The notes beneath the pieces are model-generated. The model had not been told where the DNA came from and searched no databases. It worked only from the letters and a program-made list of their open reading frames with translations. A stretch of 32,000 nt of DNA from Cylindrospermopsis raciborskii Cr2010. Its GTDB lineage: Bacteria > Cyanobacteriota > Cyanobacteriia > Cyanobacteriales > Nostocaceae. Both the position numbers and the translations under genes were made by a program. Numbering within the stretch: the stretch's first letter is position 1; every line of letters begins with the position of its first letter. The DNA lies in assembly GCF_003367075.2 (NCBI RefSeq), contig NZ_CP065936.1:3210001-3242000 (forward strand). Reading direction: 5' to 3'. This document shows positions 1-12,288 of the stretch, piece by piece.

Positions 1-1
1 A

Positions 2-277
2 GGCGCAACGCCACAACAAGCTGTTAGTCAATATCGCCGAGACGCAATTAGAACAGCTCTTTTTCCCACACTTAATCAAATGATGTTCATGGGGATGGTA
101 ACCATACCTACTTTTAGTAGCGGACAATTACTGGCAGGTATGTCACCGCTGGAAGCCTTATCCTACCAAATTCTTATCGTTTTTATGGTAGTCCTGGTTA
201 ATTTACTAACGGCAATTTTGATTACTAGATATCTATATCGTCAATTTTTCAATGATGCTATGCAGTTGTTAAAGTAG
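2..277 (+). CDS. 3' end of an ABC-type permease of the FetB/YbbM (UPF0014) type; the 5' end lies upstream of the window
   Basis: Frame 2 is open from base 2 (GATPQQAVSQYRRDAIRTALFPTLNQMMFMGMVTIPTFSSGQLLAGMSPLEALSYQILIVFMVV...). The track entry 80..277 is only its Met-initiated tail. The hydrophobic C-terminal segment with a Q-L-L-A-G...P..A..YQI pattern resembles FetB/YbbM permease C-termini as I remember them. Confidence 0.5.
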   Translation, partial: GATPQQAVSQYRRDAIRTALFPTLNQMMFMGMVTIPTFSSGQLLAGMSPLEALSYQILIVFMVVLVNLLTAILITRYLYRQFFNDAMQLLK

Positions 278-622
278 TTCAATGTTTTTTGCTCCCATAT
301 TCCATAATGTTTTTGTTTCTTTAATTAGCCAGCTTAAATAAGTCTCACTTACATAATCAATTGGCATAGCCACAATACAAGGTGTATCGTAAGAATGTAG
401 GGAACTTATCTTATCCTTTATTTGTACAAATAGATCTTGTCGAGATTTCATAATTAAAATTGCTTCTTTTTCTACTTGAACTTCACCATTCCACCAGTAA
501 ATACTATCCATATTTTCTACTATGTTAGCACATGCCACAAGACGCTTTTGTACTAATAGCTTACCTATACTAATAGCTTCATCCCGGTCTTTACATGTAA
601 CGTACAAAAAAATAACTTTCAT
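269..622 (-). CDS. cutA: Divalent-cation tolerance protein CutA
   Basis: 117 aa with an ATG start. VTCKDRDEA..I...LV..RLVACANI....SIYWWNGEV..E.E..L..K......L...I...HSYD.P matches the CutA1 family pattern and size. Confidence 0.85.
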   Translation of the reverse strand: MKVIFLYVTCKDRDEAISIGKLLVQKRLVACANIVENMDSIYWWNGEVQVEKEAILIMKSRQDLFVQIKDKISSLHSYDTPCIVAMPIDYVSETYLSWLIKETKTLWNMGAKNIELL

Positions 623-702
623 ATCTTAAATGATTAATGTTTCTTTAGTTGTCACTTATCATGAGAACTGATTGAACCTCTCCCAGAATCGTTTTCTTCC
701 CC

Positions 703-1587
703 ATGACATACAGTCAAATCCTACTCCCTCCTGGGACGTTGTGGAAAAAACTCCAGGAAACTACTCACCATGCTTTACAGTGCGGTGCACTCATACCCAT
801 ATCTACCAAGTCCGAATTTGTTGAACAAGATGGAGTAATCTTTTTAGTACGAGTCTTGTCTAACCTGAATCGCAAACAAAGTGCCCAAAAAAAACAAGAT
901 CAAATTATTAAGGTTTCCGGAACAGACTTTAACCCTTTTCTGCCATATCAAGAAGATCTATTTGTAGCTGATATCTCAGAAACTCATGTTTGTATATTGA
1001 ATAAGTTCAATGTGGTTAATTATCACCTATTGATTATTACCCGTGCTTTCGTAGAACAAGAGAGTCTGCTGACTGGGGAAGATTTGGCAGCAATGTGGGC
1101 CTGTTTAGCCGAATTTGATGGACTGGCATTCTATAATGGCGGTAAAGTTGCTGGTGCTAGTCAGCGCCATAAACATTTACAAATTATTCCCCTAGCTGAA
1201 ACTGAAATTCCCATAGCTCCATTATTGACTACAGCTAAATTGGAAAATGGCATTACTACCATACCAGCATTTCCTTTCCTTCATGCTTTCACTGCTTTTT
1301 CCCCCGATGAAACTCCTCAAGACATCCTGTCCAAGTATTATGCTTTGTTAGACATGGTTAGCATTACAGCAACTGATAATCTTCAACAATCCGCAGCCTA
1401 CAATTTTCTGGCAACCCGAAATTGGATGTTGGTTGTACCAAGATTAAAGGAGGATTTTATCTCCATTCCTATCAATTCCCTGGGGTTTGCAGGTAGTTTA
1501 TTGGTTAAAAATTCCGCACAAATGCAGCTAGTTAAGGACATTGGCCCTATGAATATTTTAAAGAACGTTGCCATATCCAATATCTAA
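703..1587 (+). CDS. ATP adenylyltransferase / Ap4A phosphorylase II-like protein
   Basis: 294 aa with an ATG start. It has the HIT-like H-x-H-x-Q motif (ASQRHKHLQIIPL) and NKFNVVNYHLLIITR, typical of the Apa2-type Ap4A phosphorylase family common in cyanobacteria. Confidence 0.65.
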   Translation: MTYSQILLPPGTLWKKLQETTHHALQCGALIPISTKSEFVEQDGVIFLVRVLSNLNRKQSAQKKQDQIIKVSGTDFNPFLPYQEDLFVADISETHVCILNKFNVVNYHLLIITRAFVEQESLLTGEDLAAMWACLAEFDGLAFYNGGKVAGASQRHKHLQIIPLAETEIPIAPLLTTAKLENGITTIPAFPFLHAFTAFSPDETPQDILSKYYALLDMVSITATDNLQQSAAYNFLATRNWMLVVPRLKEDFISIPINSLGFAGSLLVKNSAQMQLVKDIGPMNILKNVAISNI

Positions 1588-1639
1588 AAATGTTATTATA
1601 TCTATAGGATTTCTATCTTCACCTGTTTCTAATCTCCCT

Positions 1640-3472
1640 ATGTCCGAATCTCTTCCTTTACGCGATCGCTACCTAGCTTTAATCGACGAGATAGTCAATA
1701 ACACACTAAAAGGCAAAATTAGCTCCGTGGATCAAATCTACCAAATGTTACTCAATGGTATAAGTTTGGGTACGGGGGAGGTATTTGAATTGGCTCTGAG
1801 CGATCGCACTAGGGATATACAACTTCAAGTAGAAAATGAGAAAGATGAGACAAAAAAAGGCAAAGCCAATCGTAGTTTAAGAGCGATAAAAACGGTTCAA
1901 AGCCAATGGCAGCGGTGGGAGGAGCAAAACCAGGCCACAGAGGTAATTACATCAGCAGTAAGAGAAATTATCAGTGCTAGTCCTGAAGAAAATTTAACTG
2001 AATTTTTACGATACTTAGATCCTAATCAAAAACATGCTCTAAACCTGTCCCAACTCCAACAAATAGCTAAATCATTAGATCAGTTTAGTACGGTTAATAG
2101 AGATATAAAGGAAATATGTGAGGGAATTGGGCTGGGTATTAGCAGTTGGCAACGGATACAAGAGAACCTATTAAGTTGGATGTATGAACAAAAGAACTTG
2201 CTGGGATTTGGTGGGATACCGGGGGAAAGTGGTCCTTGGGCCAGTTGGGCAAAACTGGTGAAAAGTGAAGTACCGCAATCATTGTTTCAAACTCTAGCCA
2301 TGGAAGATTCCGCCATAGAATTTGCTCGAAAGCAGCAAGGTATGAGTTTAAGCGATTGGGTGGAACTGGCAATAATCTTACAATTTCTACAACGAGGTTT
2401 AGTTAGTTGGTTTGACCAGCAGGTTTATGATATTCAAGCTGGTCCAAAATTATCCATAGCTACATTTTTAACCTTTGCTATCATTTGGAGTCAGCTAGCA
2501 TACGGTTGGGAGAACCAAAAAGCTAAATATAGGGATGGTGCATCGCAAATCGTTCTACAAATATTGCGAGCTTTTGCCCAGCGTTCCTATTTTCCCCTCT
2601 ATGGGGGAATTTTTGCTTCCTTTTGGGGTAGTTACTTGCGAGATGCGCTCGATTATTTGGATGCACCATTAAACACCGTAGCAGGTACACAGGAAAAAGC
2701 CAGAATTTTAACTTTGTTAGGTTATTCTCAGCGTGCTATGGGTAATTATTCGCGCTCTTTAAATTTTCATGAACAGGCCTTAGAAATTGCCAGGAATGGC
2801 GAAGACACATCCTGTGAAATTGCTAATTTGAATCATTTAGCCCGTACTTACGTGCAGAGTAAGAACTATGCAGAGGCAATAAATTATAGTCAAAGAGCCT
2901 TAATACTAAGCAGACAAAAGGGAGATAAAACTGGAGAAAGTAACGCCTTAGTAAACCTGGGCTACAGCGAAGTTATGCAGGGAAGGGAATTGGAAAACCT
3001 GGAACCCGAAATTTACGAATCGGCAATTAATTACCTGGAGCGGGGACTAAAACTGGCGGAAAAATTACAGGATCTTGCCACCCAGTCCTTGTGTTTTAGC
3101 AGTCTGGGTATTGCTCACTTAGTCATCGGACAACATCAAACAGCAATTAAATATTTAGAAATGGGTTTTAGAACCGCTCAGGTTACTGGAGACTTATATA
3201 CCCAGGGTTGTAACCTAGCCTACTTATCAGAAACCTATTATCAATTGTTGAATTTTGAGAAAGCAGTTTATACAGGTTCCTTAGCTGTGTACCTATTAGA
3301 GCAGATCGCATCTCAAGAATGGCATCAACCAGCAATGCTATTAAACACTATAATCAGACAAATAGGTAAGGATAGCTTTCAAGAGCTACTGGGAAAAAAC
3401 CGAGCCAAAATCATTTCTGTGATTGGTGTTGATGGTTATGATTATATTCCGGAACTATTGGAAGGGTTATAA
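1640..3472 (+). CDS. TPR-repeat protein with an unassigned ~360-aa N-terminal region
   Basis: The C-terminal ~260 aa consist of repeated ~40-aa units (A..Y...AL.I.R..GD...E...L.NLG..Y), i.e. TPR. The track start at 1568 is a TTG overlapping the upstream gene, so I prefer ATG 1640 (MSESLPLRDRY). Confidence 0.7.
   Translation: MSESLPLRDRYLALIDEIVNNTLKGKISSVDQIYQMLLNGISLGTGEVFELALSDRTRDIQLQVENEKDETKKGKANRSLRAIKTVQSQWQRWEEQNQATEVITSAVREIISASPEENLTEFLRYLDPNQKHALNLSQLQQIAKSLDQFSTVNRDIKEICEGIGLGISSWQRIQENLLSWMYEQKNLLGFGGIPGESGPWASWAKLVKSEVPQSLFQTLAMEDSAIEFARKQQGMSLSDWVELAIILQFLQRGLVSWFDQQVYDIQAGPKLSIATFLTFAIIWSQLAYGWENQKAKYRDGASQIVLQILRAFAQRSYFPLYGGIFASFWGSYLRDALDYLDAPLNTVAGTQEKARILTLLGYSQRAMGNYSRSLNFHEQALEIARNGEDTSCEIANLNHLARTYVQSKNYAEAINYSQRALILSRQKGDKTGESNALVNLGYSEVMQGRELENLEPEIYESAINYLERGLKLAEKLQDLATQSLCFSSLGIAHLVIGQHQTAIKYLEMGFRTAQVTGDLYTQGCNLAYLSETYYQLLNFEKAVYTGSLAVYLLEQIASQEWHQPAMLLNTIIRQIGKDSFQELLGKNRAKIISVIGVDGYDYIPELLEGL
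1662..1669. repeat. HIP1 palindrome GCGATCGC
   Basis: Exact octamer, frame-checked against the TPR ORF (LRDRY). Confidence 0.95.
1800..1807. repeat. HIP1 palindrome GCGATCGC
   Basis: Exact octamer within the TPR ORF (LSDRT). Confidence 0.95.
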
Positions 3473-3509
3473 TAGCAGAAATTAACACCAATACACCCAA
3501 TATTAACTC

Positions 3510-4247
3510 ATGAGTCGTTCAACACCATATCAACCGCTAATTTTGAGGATTCTACACTCCTTGAGTGGTACTTTAGTGCTTGCTGCAATTATTACCGGGT
3601 TTTTAGTATATAATACCTTCGACAAAAGATTTGGCAGTCTTCCCATCGCCAAGATTAATCCTATTCAAGATATACACGGTACTGTTGCTTTACTATTCTT
3701 ACTCTTATTACCCCTGTTTTCGCTTTATAGCTTCCATGGCGGAAAAATACGTTTATTGCAAGCGGACTCGCTACAGAAAGTATCCCAGCTCAATGAATTT
3801 AATCAACCGATTTGGTGGCTAAGTTTACAACGGTTGGCAAATACCTTCATGTTAATTGCTGCAGTTTTAGCAGTGACATCTGGAAGAATGATGAAAGAAG
3901 AATGGTTACCACTGGGAGAATTGGATCATATTTGGTATTATTGCCATTTAACAGCATGGTTAATTCTAATCTGTTCTTTAGCTATACACCTGTTAATGTC
4001 TGCTAAAGTTGGTGGTGCGCCACTACTGCTTTCCATGATTTCATGGAAAGTGCGCACTCAAGACAGTCCCAAGCACTGGTTAACTCGTTTACGTAATTGG
4101 TCTCTAACTCATAATTATAGGCAAAGCTTGGCAAACCTTTATCAGTTGCTACAAAGTAACACAATTTTAAGTTTGATTGAATTGCTAGTGATACTGGGAA
4201 TTATTGCTGCTTTCCTATTACCTCTATTTTTCTCATCCGGTGATTAA
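3510..4247 (+). CDS. Integral membrane protein, possibly cytochrome b561-like (four or more TM helices with conserved His)
   Basis: 245 aa with an ATG start. It has several hydrophobic helices and His residues at helix starts (RILHSLSG..., IHGTVALLF..., YCHLTAWL...AIHLLM), reminiscent of Ni_hydr_CYTB/cytochrome b561-type proteins. No firm family call is possible. Confidence 0.45.
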   Translation: MSRSTPYQPLILRILHSLSGTLVLAAIITGFLVYNTFDKRFGSLPIAKINPIQDIHGTVALLFLLLLPLFSLYSFHGGKIRLLQADSLQKVSQLNEFNQPIWWLSLQRLANTFMLIAAVLAVTSGRMMKEEWLPLGELDHIWYYCHLTAWLILICSLAIHLLMSAKVGGAPLLLSMISWKVRTQDSPKHWLTRLRNWSLTHNYRQSLANLYQLLQSNTILSLIELLVILGIIAAFLLPLFFSSGD

Positions 4248-4331
4248 CCAGTAATGTTAGAGCAGAGTGGAAACTTGTAAACTACTCTTGTTTTTAAATA
4301 ATACATATTCCACATCCCATATTTTCCTATC

Positions 4332-6125
4332 ATGATTACATTACCACCATTACCACGGACAGTAAACAATCAAAAAAGTGACCGCACTGTTGGGCGTGGT
4401 CCACAATCCATATACTTAATACTATTCACCTTGTTAATGCTCTCTGGTATCACTGCTCGTTTGGTTTACTTACAAATCATTCAAGGACCCAAAATGCGGG
4501 TGCGCGCAGAATCTAACCGCGTGCGAATAATTCCCAAACAACCAGAAAGAGGAAATATTTTTGACCGTAATGGCAAACTATTAGCTACCACCCGCTACCC
4601 AAGATCCGTTTATTTGTGGCCCATGACACATACTAAACCATCTTGGTCTGTTGTTGGCCCTCGTTTATCGAAAATTCTGAATATCCCCCAGGTAGATATG
4701 GAAGATAAGCTGGAAGAAGCTGGAGCTTATTCTTCTTCTCTAGTTCGTATTGCTCGTCATTTAAATGAAGCTCAAATTACAGCTTTAAAGGAATATGCCA
4801 CGGAATTACCAAACGTAGAAATAAATACCGATGCTGTTAGATACTATCCCCATGGAAAAATTTTAGCTCATGTGCTTGGCTATACACGAGAATTAACAGC
4901 AGAGCAACTGAAAAAACGTAGGTCCGAAGGTTATCGTCTGGGTGATGTGATTGGTCAGATGGGGGTGGAAAAAGCTCACGAAAAAACACTGCGAGGAGAA
5001 TGGGGTGGTCAACAGGTAGAAGTGGATGGAGCTGGTAGACCCCTACGGGTGTTAGGTCAAAAAGAAGCTAAGGCAGGTAATGATTTACACTTAACCATAG
5101 ATTTAGACATTCAAAAAGCAGCTGAAAAAGCTTTAGGTAGGCGTAATGGCTCAATAATTGCTCTTAATCCTAATAATGGTGAAGTGCTGGCCATGGTGTC
5201 CCATCCTACTTTTGATCCGAATGTTTTCTCCAAACAAAGACTTTCTCAGCGAGACTGGGAAAGTGTGCAGGGTGCGGATCACCCTCTAGTTAATAGAGCT
5301 TTGAGTGCGTTTCCCCCCGCTAGTACCTTTAAAATTGTGACCACTGCAGCGGCCATAGAATCAGGCAAGTTTGCTCCTAATACTGTGTTACAAACCTATG
5401 GTTCTTTAACTATTGGTGGAACTAGATTTGGGGAGTGGAATCATGCGGGATTTGGCCCCCTTGGTTTTGTCGGTGCAATGCAGTGGAGTAGTGATACTTT
5501 TTTCTACCAAATTGGCAAAGGTATTGGTGGTCCCACATTGATTGAATGGACTCGTAAATATGGATTTGGGAAAAAAACCGGTTTTGATTTTGTCACAGAA
5601 GAAGCTAGGGGTTTAGTACCTGATGACAATTGGAAACAGAAGGCTTGGAAAATTCCCTGGAGTATAGGTGACACTATTAATATGACCATTGGACAAGGTG
5701 CGCTTCTGACTACACCTTTACAAGTGGCAGTTATGTTTGCCGTACCTGCTAATGATGGCTACAGAGTTAAGCCACATTTGATAAAAGATAATGGAGATGC
5801 TAAAAAATGGCGTGATTCATTAAATATGAAGCCCATAACTATTAAGATCTTACGAGATGGTTTACGAAAGGTAATAACTGAAGGTACAGGTAAGGTTTTA
5901 AATAAACCTACCATTCCCCCAGTAGCTGGTAAAAGTGGTACTGCGGAAGCATGGAGGAATAAGGTGAAAGAAAATCATGCCTGGTTTGGTGCTTATGCAC
6001 CTGCAGACAAACCAGAAATTGTTATCGTCGCTTTTGCGGAACATTCTGGTGGTGGTGGTGGTAGTGTTGCTGCACCGATGATTTTGGAAATTCTGGAAGA
6101 TTATTTTTCCAGGAAACGTAAGTAA
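4332..6125 (+). CDS. mrdA: Class B penicillin-binding protein (PBP2-type peptidoglycan D,D-transpeptidase)
   Basis: 597 aa. It has an N-terminal TM anchor and the PBP dimerisation region (ERGNIFDRNGKLLA). The active-site motifs are S-x-x-K (ASTFKIV) and K-S-G-T (AGKSGTAE). PBP2 versus FtsI cannot be fully resolved by eye. Confidence 0.85.
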   Translation: MITLPPLPRTVNNQKSDRTVGRGPQSIYLILFTLLMLSGITARLVYLQIIQGPKMRVRAESNRVRIIPKQPERGNIFDRNGKLLATTRYPRSVYLWPMTHTKPSWSVVGPRLSKILNIPQVDMEDKLEEAGAYSSSLVRIARHLNEAQITALKEYATELPNVEINTDAVRYYPHGKILAHVLGYTRELTAEQLKKRRSEGYRLGDVIGQMGVEKAHEKTLRGEWGGQQVEVDGAGRPLRVLGQKEAKAGNDLHLTIDLDIQKAAEKALGRRNGSIIALNPNNGEVLAMVSHPTFDPNVFSKQRLSQRDWESVQGADHPLVNRALSAFPPASTFKIVTTAAAIESGKFAPNTVLQTYGSLTIGGTRFGEWNHAGFGPLGFVGAMQWSSDTFFYQIGKGIGGPTLIEWTRKYGFGKKTGFDFVTEEARGLVPDDNWKQKAWKIPWSIGDTINMTIGQGALLTTPLQVAVMFAVPANDGYRVKPHLIKDNGDAKKWRDSLNMKPITIKILRDGLRKVITEGTGKVLNKPTIPPVAGKSGTAEAWRNKVKENHAWFGAYAPADKPEIVIVAFAEHSGGGGGSVAAPMILEILEDYFSRKRK

Positions 6126-6137
6126 GGATTTACACTA

Positions 6138-6569
6138 CTACTGGTTCCAAAAACAATCGGTTAGTAACCGATCCTGGGGGAAAGGACAAGTTGTGGGGAG
6201 TTCAACACCAGGATATATATCCCTTACATCTGATACAGCATCTTCCCAGGTTTCTGGGAAAACTTCCCCAAAATAGTTCTTGAGACTAGGTGACACTGCT
6301 AACAAACGCTTAATTTGTCTGCGTTGTTCTTTAATAGTTAACTCCCAACCTCGGTTGTCATAAGTATTGTTTATATAGCATCTTTTTAGTAGGTGTTCCA
6401 ATAGGACTTCTAAGCGGTTTTGCAGAGCTTGTTTCTCACTGCGTCCCAAACTACTTATCTCCTCCCTAATATTTATCCAGTCAATACCATCTAAATCCTT
6501 ATCTTCCAGCCTTTTTGCTTGCTCTTGAGTCCACAGCACAAAATCGTCATGGTACAGTGAGGAATTCAT
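6138..6569 (-). CDS. DUF29 family protein
   Basis: SLYHDDFVLWTQEQAKRLEDKDLDGIDWINIREEISSLGRSEKQALQNRLEVLLEHLLK is the typical DUF29 pattern. The start is taken at the third in-frame ATG (MNSSLY), where homologs usually begin. The open frame extends to 6611. Confidence 0.7.
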   Translation of the reverse strand: MNSSLYHDDFVLWTQEQAKRLEDKDLDGIDWINIREEISSLGRSEKQALQNRLEVLLEHLLKRCYINNTYDNRGWELTIKEQRRQIKRLLAVSPSLKNYFGEVFPETWEDAVSDVRDIYPGVELPTTCPFPQDRLLTDCFWNQ

Positions 6570-6802
6570 AACTGTCCCTTTATCCATCCTAACTCCCCCC
6601 CAGTTTAGCATTAGTGAGGAGAAATTGAAATCACAGAATAAATCACAAAATTGTCACACTTCTTAATAAATCAACAGCGTTACCACAAAAAGTTCTAATC
6701 TAAAAATTGACTGGGTTAATTTACTGGCAGTTTTGTAGGCGAGCTAAGCATAAAAATACCAATATGTCAAGTATATCAAGCCGCAAAACAACCCAGACTT
6801 AA

Positions 6803-10228
<3,426 letters not shown>

Positions 10229-10236
10229 GGTAGATG

Positions 10237-10291
10237 TGGGGAATAGGACAGGTAGTGACAGGTAAAGTTACTCCTGTTTTACAATTCCCCA
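10237..10291 (+). terminator. Extended imperfect stem-loop 9 nt after the apcE stop (terminator or RNA-stability/processing element)
   Basis: TGGGGAAT (10237-10244) pairs with ATTCCCCA (10284-10291). The inner pairings are ACAGG/CCTGT and GTGAC/GTTAC (one G-U). No U-tract follows. Confidence 0.4.
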
Positions 10292-10531
10292 GACCCAAAA
10301 CCCGGAAAATGAGCGATTGTGAAAAAAAATATTACAAAGTATTAAGAGCAGTAATGAATGCTCAACATAATGCTGGAAAATATTTTCCGGAAGGATAGAA
10401 AAATTTGGTAACTTCTTCACATTTGGGGAGCAAATGTAACCCAGAATGTATTAAGATACAAAACTGCTATCGACCAATGAAAATCCTACCAGTTTCAAAC
10501 CTGGTGTCATTAGTTTTGGAGGAATCCATTA

Positions 10532-11017
10532 ATGAGTATCGTCACGAAGTCCATCGTGAATGCTGATGCAGAAGCTCGCTACCTCAGCCCTGGTGAGTTA
10601 GATCGGATTAAGAGCTTTGTTTCTGGTGGTGCAGCACGTCTTCGTATTGCCCAAGTATTGACTGACAACCGCGAGCGCATCGTTAAGCAAGCTGGCGACC
10701 AATTGTTCCAAAAGCGTCCTGATGTTGTTTCTCCTGGTGGTAACGCTTACGGTCAAGAAATGACAGCTACCTGTCTTCGTGACCTAGACTATTACTTGCG
10801 TCTTGTAACCTACGGAATCGTTTCTGGAGATGTTACCCCCATCGAAGAAATCGGTATCGTTGGTGTACGTGAAATGTACAAGTCTTTGGGTACTCCCATT
10901 GAAGCTGTAGCTGGTGGCGTTGCTGCAATGAAATCCGTTGCTGCTACCCTGTTATCCGCTGAAGACTCAGCTGAAGCAGGTGCTTACTTCGACTACGTTG
11001 TTGGTGCAATGTCATAG
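10532..11017 (+). CDS. apcA: Allophycocyanin alpha subunit
   Basis: 161 aa. [29 protein letters not shown]... and ...[15 protein letters not shown] match ApcA almost residue for residue. GGAGG lies upstream of the ATG. Confidence 0.97.
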   Translation: MSIVTKSIVNADAEARYLSPGELDRIKSFVSGGAARLRIAQVLTDNRERIVKQAGDQLFQKRPDVVSPGGNAYGQEMTATCLRDLDYYLRLVTYGIVSGDVTPIEEIGIVGVREMYKSLGTPIEAVAGGVAAMKSVAATLLSAEDSAEAGAYFDYVVGAMS

Positions 11018-11085
11018 GTTAGAGCGATTCCACAGCTAGAACCGAAAACTTTTGCAATCAGGTTGGAAATAAGGAAATAACAACA

Positions 11086-11571
11086 ATGCAAGACGCTATT
11101 ACCTCTGTAATTAATTCTTCTGACGTTCAAGGTAAATACCTGGACACCGCTGCTCTAGAAAAGCTGAAAGGCTACTTTGCCACTGGTGAACTGCGCGTCC
11201 GTGCAGCTACCACCATCAGTGCTAATGCTGCTGCGATCGTAAAAGAAGCTGTAGCTAAGTCCCTGTTGTACTCGGATATTACCCGTCCCGGTGGTAACAT
11301 GTACACCACTCGCCGCTACGCAGCTTGTATCCGCGATTTGGATTACTACTTGCGTTATTCTACATACGCCATGTTAGCTGGAGATGCTTCCATCTTAGAT
11401 GAGCGTGTATTAAACGGTTTGAAAGAAACCTACAACTCCTTGGGTGTACCCGCTGGTGCTACAGTTCAAGCTATCCAAGCCATGAAGGAAGTAACTGCTA
11501 GCTTAGTTGGTGCTGATGCTGGTAAGGAAATGGGAGTTTACTTCGACTATATTTCCTCTGGTTTGAGCTAA
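11086..11571 (+). CDS. apcB: Allophycocyanin beta subunit
   Basis: 161 aa. [20 protein letters not shown]... and ...[20 protein letters not shown] are the canonical ApcB sequence, and the gene directly follows apcA. Confidence 0.97.
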   Translation: MQDAITSVINSSDVQGKYLDTAALEKLKGYFATGELRVRAATTISANAAAIVKEAVAKSLLYSDITRPGGNMYTTRRYAACIRDLDYYLRYSTYAMLAGDASILDERVLNGLKETYNSLGVPAGATVQAIQAMKEVTASLVGADAGKEMGVYFDYISSGLS

Positions 11572-11622
11572 GAGTGAGTTAGCACTTTTTGGCATTCTAT
11601 AAATGTTAGCAGTGCTACTTGG

Positions 11623-11718
11623 TTAAGGTCTGGAAATCAAATATGAGTTCTAGGTCGTTCTATATGCTTCGGGTGAGTATTAGCGGTCTAGTATTGATGT
11701 TAGATTTCCAGACTTTTA
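11623..11718 (+). other. Long inverted repeat (~15-bp stem enclosing ~64 nt) in the apcB-apcC spacer
   Basis: GTCTGGAAATC (11628-11638) is the exact reverse complement of GATTTCCAGAC (11703-11713). The pairing extends outward by a G-U and two A-T pairs. Confidence 0.5.
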
Positions 11719-11971
11719 GGGTAAGCTCTACTGAGATAGCTTGTGGAGTAGACAAACCTCTCAAGAATCATCTTGAGACTACGATGAAACAGCAAGTAGG
11801 TTCTAAAGTCCAGATTTGTAAAGGTCTGAGTAGCTTTGGGTAGATCCTATAGAGCGGAATAGAATAGATATAGATATAGCCGTAGTCACCTACAAAGGTG
11901 CAAAGGCCTTCAGAATAGCTACCCATCAACCCTGTCTATAGCGTTCTGACTAGAGCTATAAATTCAAAGAT

Positions 11972-12000
11972 TTGAGACAGGATTTAGTCTCAAGATTTTT
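11972..12000 (+). terminator. Terminator-like hairpin plus T-run located upstream of apcC (possible attenuator within the apc operon)
   Basis: TTGAGAC (11972-11978) - 8 nt - GTCTCAA (11987-11993) is followed by GATTTTT (to 12000), 43 nt before the apcC ATG. Confidence 0.35.
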
Positions 12001-12042
12001 CCGATAAAAAAGGTTTTCCAAAACACAGGGAGTTTAGAAAAA

Positions 12043-12249
12043 ATGGCTCGTTTATTTAAAGTGACCGCTTGCGTTCCCAGCTTAACCCGCACCCGCACCC
12101 AAAGGGAATTACAGAATACTTATTTTACCAAGTTGGTTCCCTACGAAAACTGGTTCCGCGAGCAGCAACGAATTCAGAAAATGGGTGGTAAAATTGTTAA
12201 GGTAGAATTAGCAACTGGTAGGCAAGGTACTAATACTGGTTTGGCATGA
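12043..12249 (+). CDS. apcC: Phycobilisome core linker LC7.8 (ApcC)
   Basis: 68 aa. MARLFKVTACVPS.TR.RTQRELQNTYFTKLVPY.NWFREQQRIQKMGGKIVKV is the ApcC (CpcD-like) sequence. Confidence 0.95.
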   Translation: MARLFKVTACVPSLTRTRTQRELQNTYFTKLVPYENWFREQQRIQKMGGKIVKVELATGRQGTNTGLA

Positions 12250-12288
12250 TTCTCATAGGTCAAAACTAGTCAAGTCTCCCCCGCTCCA

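Noticed and set aside
1568-1639. TTG-initiated extension of the TPR gene overlapping the Ap4A phosphorylase-like gene
   Set aside because: It has a non-ATG start and overlaps the upstream CDS by 20 bp. A good ATG (1640) precedes the recognisable protein.
6138-6611. DUF29 gene as a possible toxin-antitoxin or defence component next to PBP2
   Set aside because: It is a single gene with no partner ORF and is convergent with its neighbour. DUF29 is widespread in cyanobacteria without demonstrated TA function.
10331-10348. HLR1-like (RpaB-type) direct repeat ATTACAAA-GT-ATTAAGAG upstream of apcA
   Set aside because: Only the first half-site fits (G/T)TTACA(T/A)(T/A), and the second has two core mismatches. 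This is too weak to call without comparative support.
11619-11843. 74-aa ORF in the apcB-apcC spacer
   Set aside because: It starts at TTG and has no RBS. Its odd composition runs straight through several strong inverted repeats. It is more likely non-coding structured RNA or DNA than a gene.
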